NCBI GenBank assembly: GCA_002269645.1
Contig: NIVC01003169.1
Span: 51,408 to 115,407 of the forward strand
Direction: 5' to 3'
DNA from: Macrostomum lignano
Taxonomy: Eukaryota
DNA: 64,000 bases
Below the pieces are notes generated by a model. That model was not told the origin of the DNA. It worked only from the letters and a program-made list of their open reading frames with translations, and did no database searches. The position numbers and the translations under genes are program-made. Positions 36,624-48,556 of the stretch are shown piece by piece. Positions within the stretch are counted from its first letter, which is position 1; each line of letters opens with the position of its first letter.

Positions 36624-38611
36624 TCAGTCCGAGTCCGAATCGGACGACCTTCCATCCGTAGCAGCGTCGCGAATTTTCCGACCGCCGTTTGTCGCCACAG
36701 CGTCAGACTCGGCCAAACCGGCGTGTCCGGCACCCCTGGCCAGTCGGACAGCCTGTCCGTCCGCCAGCAGCGCCTCCGAGAGGACGCCGAATCTGTGGGA
36801 CAGGCACATAGGTTGGCGCTTTAGTTGGCAGTCTCGGATTTATATTCACAATCACTAGAGCCATCATGGCACTGAGCACAGGCTGCAATCACTCAAGCCT
36901 GCATCCAACTCACTGAGCACAGGCTGCAATCACTCAAGCCTGCATCCAACTCACTGAGCACAGGCTGCAATCACTCAAGCCTGCATCCAACTCACTGAGC
37001 ACAGGCTGCAATCACTCAAGCCTGCACCCAACTCACTGAGCACAGGCTGCAATCACTCAAGCCTGCATCCAACTCACTGAGCACAGGCTGCAATCACTCA
37101 AGCCTGCACCTAACGCACAGAGCACAGGCTGCAATCACTCAAGCCTGCATCCAACTCACTGAGCACAGGCTGCAATCACTCAAGCCTGCACCCAACTCAC
37201 TGAGCACAGGCTGCAATCACTCAAGCCTGCATCCAACTCACTGAGCACAGGCTGCAATCACTCAAGCCTGCACCTAACGCACAGAGCACAGGCTGCAATC
37301 ACTCAAGCCTGCACCTAACGCACAGAGCACAGGCTGCAATCACTCAAGCCTGCACCTAACGCACAGAGCACAGGCTACAACCATAGTGGTGTCGCAGCAT
37401 TGAAAAGCAACCAAAAGCAAGTGCTCAGCGGACTCACTCAGTAAGAAAAGACTCCAATTGGTTCGTAGAGCATTGATCTCCCAGTTCTCTGCCCAGCGCC
37501 ACAAAGCTACTGGTGACCTCGCCGGCCTTGTACACAACTAATGCTGGCAGGCCGCGCTCTATAAACCTGCGCGACACCAGAGCCTGAGACGCCTGGATGC
37601 GGCAGAATTTCACTGTCAGATAGCGGCCAGCGAGTTCGTCCAGTGCAGCATTGACTGCAGCGCAAGCCGGCTCCTCGATGGAATCATAGATGTGCACCAA
37701 GACTTTCACATCTGGCGATTCAGCGTCCACCGCCTGTACAAAACTGCCCCGGTCCAGGTGGACAACTCGGCCAAACAGCTTCCGCTGGGCAAGAGATTGG
37801 CGCATCTCCTCTATGCGCTGACGACGGTACTGCACTAGAAACTCGTCGTCAATCTGGGGATGAATCAATTCGAATGACTTGATTAGACTGAGTTAATGCT
37901 CTTAGAGCTGGGTTTTCTGTGTCTCTCACCTGTACCATTGCCTCATCCAACTGTGTCTCTCACCTGTGCTATTGCCTCATCCAACTGTGTCTCTCACCTG
38001 TGCCATTGCATCATCCAACTGTCTCTCACCTGTGCTATTGCCTCATCCAACTGTGTCTCTCACCTGAGCCATTGCCTCATCCAACTGTGTCTCTCACCTG
38101 AGCCATTGCCTCATCCAACTGTGTCTCTCACCTGAGCCATTGCCTCATCCAACTGTGTCTCTCACCTGTGCTATTGCCTCATCCAACTGTGTCTCTCACC
38201 TGTGCTATTGCATCATCCAACTGTGTCTCTCACCTGTGTCATCGCCTCCTCCAATTCAGCGTCCAGCTGCGCCTCTCGCTCATCCTCCGCGGCAGTTCTG
38301 CAAGCGGTGGCCGCCGATAGCCTGGCCGCCAGGGCCAGCCGCTCCGCCTCCTGGTCGGTGCGGGCCTCTGCTTCAAGCTGTTTGAATCGGCGCCAGTCTG
38401 CCACAACGCCTTTTGGCCCGGTGTTGGTGGCAGCGCCGCGCCACTCTCGTGGCTCCTCCAGCTGCTGCTGAGGCTGCTGCTGCTGCACCCTGTGCTCCCT
38501 CTCGTCGCCAGCTTCATCGCCACTGTCTCCCTCGTCGTCGCTGCCGCTGCTGCTACTGCAGTAGTTGTGCACCTTTTCGCCTAGCAACCGATCGTCTAGA
38601 GACAAAGCCAT
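36624..38611 (-). CDS. PDCL: Phosducin-like protein 1 (PhLP1), 320 aa
   Basis: Exons 38611-38234, 37853-37438, 36792-36624 (phases 0,2). MALSLDDRLLGEKVHNYCSSSS, TNTGPKGVVADWRRFKQLE, DDEFLVQYRRQRIEEM, thioredoxin-like domain, ESFLTEFGVL, acidic Ser-rich C-terminus SSDSDSD. Confidence 0.92.
36870..37378. repeat. 41-bp minisatellite, about 12 copies, filling most of PDCL intron 2
   Basis: Unit CACTGAGCACAGGCTGCAATCACTCAAGCCTGCATCCAACT (period 41). Confidence 0.95.
37917..38233 (-). repeat. 32/34-bp minisatellite, about 9-10 copies, starting at the PDCL intron 1 splice donor
   Basis: On the minus strand the array begins at CAG|GTGAGAGACACAGTTGGATGA; each unit ends ...GCACAG or ...GCTCAG before the next GTGAGA. 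Confidence 0.95.
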
Positions 38612-38715
38612 GGCTAAATATTTAGTCAGTTTTCTGAAACATGCACAAAGATCAAAATGCAAATCAGTATCTTCTTTAATGTGGTGAGAATAGAGACAAA
38701 TGCTTGAAGTGACAC

Positions 38716-39121
38716 TCGGTTGAAGAGAACTAGATTCTGGTGGAGGTTGAGGGCGGTGGAACTGGGGACGGAGACACTTCCGGTTGAAGAGAACTAGATT
38801 CTGGTAGAGGCTGAGGGCGGTGGAACTGGGGACGGAGACACTTCCGGTTGAAGAGAACTAGATTCTGGTGGAGGTTGAGGGCGGTGGAACTGGGGACGGA
38901 GACACTTCCGGTTGAAGAGAACTAGATTCTGGTAGAGGCTGAGGGCGGTGGAACTGGGGACGGAGACACCGGTTCCGGCTGAAGAGAACTAGATTCTGGT
39001 AGAGGCTGAGGGCGGTGGAACTGGGGACGGAGACACTTCCGGTTGAAGAGAACTAGATTCTGGTGGAGGTTGAGGGCGGTGGAACTGGGGACGGAGATAC
39101 GGTCAGACACCGGTTCCGGCT
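38716..39121. repeat. 64-bp minisatellite, about 6 copies, upstream of PDCL
   Basis: GAAGAGAACTAGATTCTGG starts at 38722, 38786 and 38850 (period 64), with small indels in later units. Confidence 0.92.
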
Positions 39122-39904
39122 GTTAAGACTATCCAGGTAAAAAATGAAGCTATAATCTGAGTTGACAGCAGCAACAGCGCTGTATTAAAAAAACAAAGAA
39201 CGCGCCAACATTTATTTATACAGACAAACATACGAGTTGCTAGTCTCTAGTCAGCATGGAGTATTAGCACCTTAGAAACTAGACTGGTAACATCTCCGAA
39301 GAACATAAAGATGGAAATATTTGCTAGGCGTGTACATATGCCTCAGTAAATTATTCTTGGGTAAAAATAACAGCTTCGCAAACACAACGAACGACATACG
39401 AGCAGTTCTTTGTCTCCTAGCTAAGCAATTATCATTTGTAATCGCTTAAAAGCCATCGTAACTAACTGGTCATATGTAAGTAGTGAATTTCGGCAAAAAT
39501 AATCTTGACAGTACATAATGACACAGCCAGCTCTTCAATTATAGGAGATATGCCTAGCAGATACCGAACAATGTCTTTCTGTGCTACTGCCAATAGCTAA
39601 TTACGGGCAACATGGACAAGCAGTGCTTAACATTTTTATTCACGGTCAGATAAAAGCAAGAGATAAACAATACAATAAAAATCAAGTTACGGCGCTGGCA
39701 CAGAAGAGCAATGATGACACAATTTTAAACTCTTTGTACATGCACTGCTGGCAGGGTCCGCCAACTGGACGCGTATAAATATTGGCCATTCATACATTAT
39801 TCCTCTTTTATCGAAACATATACGAAACGATGTACAGTTATATGGCGACTATAAAACCGCAATTCTATGCGCTGGAAATATCAGTCAGTAAGCAAGAGAA
39901 AAAG

Positions 39905-39935
<31 letters not shown>

Positions 39936-40108
39936 TGTCAATAAGCTTTGTGAAAGTTCTACAGCTTGATACAAATTAGGGTAAATTTTACAGCGAGAAT
40001 TTTTTAACCGCTGATTTAAACTCTGCATTCACTCCCCTATAAGCAGCTCGAGGCATCTAAAGAGACAGCTAAGTGACTAAATACTAGTTTAAATAAGTGT
40101 CTTTCTCA

Positions 40109-40470
40109 GGGGGCCGTAGCCCAGCGGTAGCGCAGCCGCTCTGGTGTGCCAGCGACCCAGGCTCGATTCCAAGTGCAGTCACATTAATTTGGGGCTGAAT
40201 TAGAATATCGGCTTGGCTCTGCTCGTGCAATTAACGGCCTTGAGAGCCAACCCCCCAAGGCGCAGTGAAGTGTACATGCCTAACGATAAAATAAAGTTAG
40301 GGCCGCTGTACACTCCTGTGTGAGTGTGTGCCTGCGTACGTATCCGCGCGCTTGTATGCCTGCTCAGGGGAGTCGGCGGAATGGGCAGTAATGCCTCTCG
40401 CCGGTTGTGTGCCTATGTCGCTTAAAGTGCGCCAGGGTGCACACAACCCCCCTGCCTCTAATAATAATAA
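40109..40470 (+). mobile_element. tRNA-derived SINE family 2, full length, with a 14-bp TSD
   Basis: Head GGGGCCGTAGCCCAGCGGTAG...GGCTCGATTCC, (TAA)n tail, flanked by AAGTGTCTTTCTCA at 40095-40108 and 40471-40484. Confidence 0.8.
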
Positions 40471-40560
40471 AAGTGTCTTTCTCAAAGACACATTGCTTGT
40501 TCCGAGTTGGTCGGGAATCGAAGCCCCGACTTTTCAGTTGCGAGCCCCACTGTAACCTCG
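40471..40560 (-). mobile_element. SINE family 1, 5' fragment (target of the family 2 insertion)
   Basis: Minus strand GGGCTCGCAACTGAAAAGTCGGGGCTTCGATTCCCGACCAACTCGGAACAAGCAATGTGTCTTTGAGAAAGACACTT matches the family 1 head and CORE start. Confidence 0.7.
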
Positions 40561-41570
40561 AGGCTACAACCCTAACCCTAAATAGTAAAAATAAACACTT
40601 TGAGAGCTGCTGTTTACAAAACTATTCAGAAATTAAGTCGAGTACGTTTAACGTTTCTCTCATCATAACTGCTAGCTTAGAAGGTTTGATGTTGAGCAGA
40701 GAAGCTGATCTAGCAATATTCAACTCATAAATAGTACTTATAACTGCATTTTAAACTATGATGCAGCACTAGCTTGGCTCGGATTGCACGGCTAGAATTA
40801 AGCATCTATGCACTACATGGTAGAAACATCGATTCGAAAGCCATATTGAAATACAACTGGCTATGCCGGCTATTTAATACAATATTTATAAAACTATCCG
40901 TCGAAAGCAACGCACAATGCACCAAAAACAGATCAAAGAGTTTTTAAACATGGATAGTGCTACGGAATATACCATCTAGATTAGAAAAGAAAGCAGGAAA
41001 GAACACAAAATAAGGACAATAATCTGGAATAATCAACACAGTTTTAGCACAAAAATGAGAATAATCTACAGTTCTTGCTTCAAGAGATTGAAATTTAAAT
41101 ATTCTGTTTAATCCTGTTAGTCAGGCACCATTTATCAACGATATTAAATAATTATTAGCACGAAATTAAACTACCTATTCTATCAATAATAAAAAGGGAC
41201 ACTATTAGTATTAGAACGCTCAGCATGAAAACTACAAGCGATACTAAAACACTTTACGTTGACTGTAACATAAGGACAGTAAATTGACAAAAACTTGAAC
41301 TGTTTATGTTCACAACAGATATCGCCAGAACACTTTTATAAAGACACCAAAATATCACACCACAAATTATCGCTAAGTTCCAGGCATTTTTTCAATCACT
41401 GAATATTTCAAATCAAATATTTATTATTTCGAACTAACTAGTGCTCAATGATGGTACAAAGACTTCTATTATGTATTAATTCTCATTGCTGCAAACCAAT
41501 CCACTTTAGAGACGCAATTATGGCCGAACAAATCCTGAAGCGACAGGGACACTGCATCAAAATTGTCAAG

Positions 41571-43418
41571 TCAGGGAGAGTTGGGAGCTGACAGTGAGCC
41601 AACGCCAGTCACGCTGCAAGGTGAGACAGGCTCGCTAATACCGCCAACTAGACTGCTATTGGCTGGTGAGGCAACGGCTGCGCTAGCAGCTGCCGCGCCC
41701 GATGCTGCAGCAGAAGCGGTAGCCAGCGGAAGAACCTTCCTGGAGAACCAGACAGGCAAGAGGAAGGCGGAAGATTTCAGCCGATCGATCGAACGCTGGG
41801 ACACGGAACGGTACTCAGGCAGCTCCAACAGCTGGAGAACCTCGTCCAGCAGAAGGAGGTAGGTGCGCGCACCTGACGACGAGCTGAGATGAGCTCGCTC
41901 TACAAGATACCGCTTGTCCTCAGCGTCACACAGGTAGCGGTACAGGTGACGGTGCCTATCGTAGACACGCTGACAGCCACGGGAGACAAGGCCCAGGCAG
42001 CGGTTCACACAGCTGCCAACTACAAAGCTGGTATCGGGACCAACGCTGGCACGGTCTGAATTGGCACCTGCTGATAAAGAATGAGACTCGCCGTCCAAGC
42101 GGTAGGCACTGAATGGGCTATTGCTATTGCCGAAACTTTCGCCTTGTTGCTGCCCTTGTAACGCTTGGTGAGTTGTTGCAGAATTAGCAAATTGTGCTGC
42201 CAGATCCTCAGCTACAGCACGATAGAAGCTGGCCTTATGCTGCTGCTGATATTCTGTTTGTTCATCGTCCTGGCATTCGCAGGAGCGGATATTGCTCAGA
42301 CAGGGCTGCACGTAGCTGTCAAAGTAGCCGGCCAATAGGCTGTCAATGTCAGCACGGATTCGGCGCTGCAGACAGCCGTGTACTAAGCGAATGGCCTGCT
42401 GACTATCCAGATGAAGCTCGGCGCCAGCTCGTATTAGCAGAGAGTTTGCCAGATTTTTACGCTTTTTCACTGACGTGGAAGCTGGCAGCGCCGAGGATGA
42501 AGAGACACATACGGAAGAGACTCTTGCCTTGTCAACTCGGCCGCTTAAAATACCGTCAGACGTTTTACTGCGCTCAAATTCAACAATACTGTCGGCAATG
42601 TTTCTGCGGCGACTCATTGACAGGCGAAATGCAACCATGCCAGCCGGCCTCATGCTTTTGCAGTCCTCCTGATTTGATGGCGGCAACGGAGCTGGAAGAT
42701 TTGGCACAGCGGGATCCGCTTCAAGACTGGGGCCACACTGTACACCGTTGTCAACTGTCTGCGGAGGAGTCAGCGATACTAGGGAGAGCGAAGGGGGAGG
42801 CGTAGACTGAGACTGCTGCTGCCTCGCGTCGTCGATAACTAAAGAAGGTGGAGGGCGAAATCCCCCGCCACTGTTGCCGCCGCTTGCCATAACTGAAAGT
42901 GACGGCAACTGCTGCTGTTGAAGCTGCTGATGCTGCTGTACAACAATCGGCAAACGAGGCTTGGGCTGGTGCACAGTAATTGCACTGCTGACAGGCTGTA
43001 ATACCAGATGCTGCTGTTGTTGGATTGACGTTGACTGGTTGCTACTGGAAGATACTGATGGGACAAAATCATGGAAGGGCATGCGGCTGTGAACGCTGCT
43101 ATTAACTCCACCAAAAGCGCCATGATGATTTAACTGAAACTGCTGCGGATGTTGCGACTGTAGCTGGTGCTGAAAAGACTGCTGTTGATTATTTATCTGC
43201 TGCTGCTGTTGAAAGCTTGCAGCAGCAGCCCCCAGCTGGGATGAAGCTGGATAGACAGCAGTCGAGAGGCCAGACTGAATTAGACCAGAAGTCCGGTTGC
43301 TGTTAACTAACAATGAGCTGAGAATAGACTGACTGTTGGCATTGCCAGCGCTGTTGCCACTTCTACTAGGCAGAAGCATAGCGCCATTGACCCGGTTAAA
43401 TGTTGGTGGCCCCGACAT
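41571..43418 (-). CDS. DNTTIP1: DNTTIP1/TdIF1-like protein (MiDAC subunit), single coding exon, 615 aa
   Basis: Dimerisation-like segment AIRLVHGCLQRRIRADIDSLLAGYF and C-terminal SFVVGSCVNRCLG...VYDRHRHLYRYLCDAEDKRYL...TYLLLLDEVLQL..EYR match the DNTTIP1 pattern (FVLGSRANKALG..YIKHPHLFKY..D..DK..AYLLIEEDI). Long Q/S/P-rich N-terminus. Confidence 0.8.
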   Translation of the reverse strand: MSGPPTFNRVNGAMLLPSRSGNSAGNANSQSILSSLLVNSNRTSGLIQSGLSTAVYPASSQLGAAAASFQQQQQINNQQQSFQHQLQSQHPQQFQLNHHGAFGGVNSSVHSRMPFHDFVPSVSSSSNQSTSIQQQQHLVLQPVSSAITVHQPKPRLPIVVQQHQQLQQQQLPSLSVMASGGNSGGGFRPPPSLVIDDARQQQSQSTPPPSLSLVSLTPPQTVDNGVQCGPSLEADPAVPNLPAPLPPSNQEDCKSMRPAGMVAFRLSMSRRRNIADSIVEFERSKTSDGILSGRVDKARVSSVCVSSSSALPASTSVKKRKNLANSLLIRAGAELHLDSQQAIRLVHGCLQRRIRADIDSLLAGYFDSYVQPCLSNIRSCECQDDEQTEYQQQHKASFYRAVAEDLAAQFANSATTHQALQGQQQGESFGNSNSPFSAYRLDGESHSLSAGANSDRASVGPDTSFVVGSCVNRCLGLVSRGCQRVYDRHRHLYRYLCDAEDKRYLVERAHLSSSSGARTYLLLLDEVLQLLELPEYRSVSQRSIDRLKSSAFLLPVWFSRKVLPLATASAAASGAAAASAAVASPANSSLVGGISEPVSPCSVTGVGSLSAPNSP

Positions 43419-46400
43419 TCAGTTGGGCCCCAAATTTAATAAAAATTATTGTACTGTGACTGCAAGGTATCCAAGTTTCTTTCACAAGTACTTTCTATGA
43501 CCAATTCTGGTCAGAATGGCTGCCAGTTTGGAATTCTTACAAGTAGATCTAAAAAGATCACATCATGAACAAAAATGCGAGTAGTTTTAGCCACAATTAA
43601 TGAGATTATGTCAAAGGCTTGGTGCAATCTACTTTCAAACAAAGTTTAGACTTTGGATAAAATATATTTACAATAAGAAATACCAAAATGAGAGCTAGTG
43701 ATACCAAAGTGAATACCAGAGGCAATGAGAATAATTGTCAAGGGTCACAGAAAAGACAGCTTAGCTAGCATTTAAGTAAGACAATTTTTACATTAATAAA
43801 ACGATTCAAAAATATCTAAGAAATGGTGTAAAAGCCTATTAGAATATGTTTTAAAAAACTTAGACAGTTTCTAGGTAGCTTAGCACACCTTTATAATTTA
43901 TACCTATGCTGCACTTATATTACAATCAACTAGAGTTGTGATAATCAATTACCATTTTTAAGAGTGGCTATAGTGTATAAAATTTATAGCAAGCTTCCTA
44001 TAGATTATCTTATAGTTAATATAATAATGAATGCTAAATATGACAAATATAATCATTTTCTTTCATTTATTTTTTATTTCATACTATATTTTCTAATCTA
44101 TTTTGGATTTTTTCCTGCCTATATTATTTCACTCACTGGGCTTACTTGTAGCCCATTGTTTATTATAAAAGTAGATACTTCTTTTGTATATGCCCTTTCC
44201 TACATCTAGATCTGAGGCTTTAAGAGAAGTGAAGCATTATGAATAAAGTTTAACATGGATTTGAGGGCATTGTTTTCCACAAACTCAGAAGGGTAGGGTT
44301 GGCATTTGGTCTAGGTGCATTTTCATTGAATTTCATTGAACACCTATAAATACTTGATGCATGCAAACTATAGCATATTTCATAGGATTTAATATGATAG
44401 TCAATATTTTCAGTTCTATAATTATAGATAGCACACTAATTCAATATTATTATAACATTTAGGATAACAATAGAAATGAAATATTTTCATCATATAGGAT
44501 TATACATTTATCAAGATAAAATTGGCAAAGAAAACCTCAATTAGAGTGCATAGTGAAAGGGCAATGGCTGTGTTTCCACTAGTTGGTCCCTTTTGTCTAA
44601 TGGATAGATAGCCAAAGAAATATTTAAGGCAACTCTTAATTTGTTTTGAGTTTAATTTTTGTAAAGCCATTTTTCCATTGCTGCCAGCCTACTATTACGC
44701 TGCCAGCATAAGATAAATAATAATACAAGTAGTTATTATTACTTGTCTATTTTGATATAGCTATCAGCTATGCCTTATATATTTGCCCATTGTTTATAGT
44801 CCCTTTTTGATTCTTTGCTCACTAACCTTTATTTACTGCTTCTTGTGCATTATCACATTGTCTAACAACCCTAGCTTGCAAGCTGTGGCAATCTATTCAG
44901 CTGATCAAGAGGCCCTTGATGAAGCATTTTACTAGGCTACCTAGTAGGGCCAAGTGCAGATAATAGCCTACTTAATAGGCCTTAGTAAAATCTCTATCAA
45001 TGAATGACACCTATCACAACTTGTGACTTACTCAAGAATAGTTTCAATGAGTAGAAGTATGCCTTTGTGTACAAAGGGTGACCTTAGCTTGTTTTAGCCC
45101 TTCTGCTAGCCATCACCTAGGAGGCTTGTTACCCACCTTTTATAGTTTTGAAGGCGATATGTATGCCAGGAAATCCCAGTGTATAACAAAAGTCTTATCA
45201 TTTTTCACTGTATATCAGGGTATATCCTGGCATATATGACACAGCAGATACATTGTGTCAAATGACATTTATTGTATTGGTATATAAACCTGGCATATAA
45301 ACAAGGGCTTGTCATTTTTCTGGCATTAAAATTGGCATATATTAATATACAATTGAAACTATAGCCCACCTTTAAGAGGGATAGATTCCCCACTTGAGTT
45401 TTTCTATTTGGCACTTATGATAATCTATTATCAATCTTTTAGTTGAATTTATTTTGATATTAATTGTTAATCTAAATAAAACCTAATTTAATTTTCAAAG
45501 AAAATATTTTTAATGTGTAAAAGTAAAGACTACTAGGTCTTGGTAAACTAATAACCTAACTTTTATCCTTTTCAATCATTTCTTGTTATAACTGTTTCAT
45601 TTCAAACACAAAAATTAACAAATGAAAGAGAAATATTGCATTAAATGACTATCTATAGTCTATGACTTTATATATATAATATATATATTAATATAAAGAA
45701 GGATACCTAGCATTTTGGAGACAAACTAAATCATAAATTTTTGCTAGGCCTAGGCCTAGGGTTCACTATCAACCATTGGTAGGCCAGCCCATTGACAGGA
45801 TTGACAGGAAGGTGGGATAGTGTGCATTGGAAAAACTAATTATAGAATGAATTAAAGGGCCTATTATAGGCCTATAATAAATATTATTTTGTACTCCAAG
45901 CAAGTCATTATATCAACAATTAAAAAATTTCAAAATCATTTTGCTTAATAATTAAGTTCATTGGGCCTTACCTTTTAGGCATGGTGAAACGACAATTTAT
46001 ATGGGTTTTCCCATATTATCGTTTCCTTCTGCCAACAGTTCAGGAAGACAACGAACAATGGACCTGATGGTAACTTTCTCTGTGTGATCTCTAAAGTCAC
46101 ATTCTCAAACTTCAGGCGAGGATCTTTCCTCTTCAATCAGTATATTTTATAAGCTAGCACACTGTACGCGAGCAACGAGGAATAGGAGCAGTAGGGGGAG
46201 AGAGAGAGGGATTTTGAGGCCCAATAGGCAGTGTCGGTCAGAGGTTGTGCATGCATCACGCGAGGGTCGCATGGCTGGGCTTCTTGCTCGCCGATCATCA
46301 GGACTATTTTTAGACATGCAGATCTTGTGCATCTGGGGAGTTGCTGCCAAGGCTGGATGCTTGTTCATGCATCACGCGCGTGTCGGCTGATTTCTCACAT

Positions 46401-47559
46401 CCTCTTGCTAACGGCGCCTTCGTTTCACTTCAATGGCAGCCATGTCTATAATATTTGAGCTTATAGGCAAAGCTATAATCATTGATATAGAATTTATGTT
46501 CTATAAGGCTTTCTTATAAATAAATGGTGGCTTAGTGGATATGTCTTAGTTCTGTCACTTTGTTGACATTTTGTATTGAGTCAACCATGTGACACCTATG
46601 CTATTGGACATGAATAATAATGTGAATGCTTAAACAATCTATTAGGGAAGGTTGTTTTTTGTTATATATTGATTTATATTATATGTTATATATTTATTGA
46701 TTTTTATTGTATAGATCATGTTTCTAATGACAAAAACACTATGGGCAGAAATTGTTTTGCATGTTATTGTAACTACAATATTGATAGGTTAACTCACATT
46801 GACCAAATGATGTTTTGTTATTAGATTTTTTCTTGGGTCAGAATAAATTTGCCAGTTATTTAGCTTTTTTTCATATTATATACATTTGAGAAACTTTAAT
46901 ATGAAGGCATCTATGAGGCTCTTTTTTCTATAGACAAGTTTTTTTTATTAGTGCAAAGGCTAAGACCAATGAAAGCTTGGTAAAGAATCAGAAAGTTTTT
47001 TATCACAAAGTTGCAAAGGCCAGGAGTGAAGAAAGCTTGGCAAGTAATCAGGAAATTTATTGATCATGGCAAAGTTGCTTGTCTTATTAGCTGATAGTTT
47101 ACTAGGCATCATTTTGACAAACTAGATCACCTTGGTTATGGATGCTTAAAGCATTGAGGCCCAATGAGCAGCAATTTCATACTTGTTCTCCATGTAGAGT
47201 AAGTAGATAGCTTTTGAGGTATTGTGCCAAATGGTAAAAGGTAAAAGTAGTAGCTATAATATATTTATAGGAGAAATGTCTTGAAATAGAAATAGAGGCC
47301 AGTTTAATGCAGTTATATTAATAATTTGATATCATGTACAGTCTGTATTTGTACTGAAAATCAAAATCAAATGAGCTTTTGCCTTTTTTCTCTAGCTATT
47401 TGGATTTAACCATGGCTAGCACATGGGTAAGGCTATAGCTTTTGTATATAATGCCTATTGCAATTGAAAAATCACAGCTTTTCATCAAGATCTATAAAGC
47501 ACTAGTGTCTAATATTTGTATATTAGGTTTTAGATTAGGCTATCAGTTTCTATACTGTT

Positions 47560-47830
47560 CACAATTAGATAGGACACTTCATGCTAGCCAAGTATGACTA
47601 GGTGATCAGCCATGCTCTGGTTGCCTTGTCATTTTACTTAATAGAGAACTTGCTACTATATCAAGGCACTCCTAGATGAGGATTGAGGATACTCATATGG
47701 TAGTCTGTCTGCTAGCTTGCTGCCTATGTTAGTGTTCCAACAACAATTGTCTATCAATACTTGACAGAAGAAATTGCATTAGTGAAAATCTTGGTCTGCT
47801 ATGTGCCTTGACTTCTCAGAGAGTTCCATG
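47560..47830 (+). mobile_element. Highly decayed mariner-type transposase N-terminal fossil
   Basis: DQPCSGC (from DxPRSGRP), LLDED*, TTIVYQYLTEEIALVKILVCYVP*LL (from ..KxxARWVPRLL), with frameshifts. Confidence 0.6.
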
Positions 47831-48556
47831 ATGACTGTCCATTCCAAAAGAGGCCAATACAACCTCAACTCTGCCAACTCTGCCAAGTCTGGCCCCTATT
47901 ATAACCAATGAGTGTTTTTGCAGATGCTAGTCTAGTCTGGCATAGATTAAAAAATGTTTGGTGTGCCAAGGCTCAAGCTCAAGGTAAAGAAAGAGAGGAC
48001 CACTGGTATCTGGTGCATTTTTGCATTTTGTCCAGTACTTAAAGAACTGTTTGGCATAATTTTACTTTTTTTACCCTTGGCTACAATATGGAGTCTGTCA
48101 AGGACACTGGATAAAGTTTAATCCCAAATGGTAACAAGTAGAGACTTGGGCAAGACAAGACCATAAATTGCCATAATTTCACTTGCTATACTTCACTATG
48201 CTAGTGACATTCACAAGCCACTTGTGGAGACTTAGGGCAGGTCTGAAAGAGACTTAATAATAATAGGGCAAGGGGTTCTGGTGAAGTGCAACTCAGTTTG
48301 AACTTAAGGGGACAAATGTTTCATGAATTTTATTGACTCTATTAAAATTTGTCTGACGAAAAGGTAACTAATGTTGCTATAGGCCCTATTTGAAATCTAT
48401 GGAGGATTATCTAAAACTATCCAAACTATTATTGAAGACATTTTTAGCCACCTACCATTTTTGTGTTCTGTTCCAGCAATGACAAGAAATACTTTTAGCA
48501 AGTTTTTGCACAAAAAGGGCATGCCCGCATCAAGAGTCACACCAACCATACTTTAG

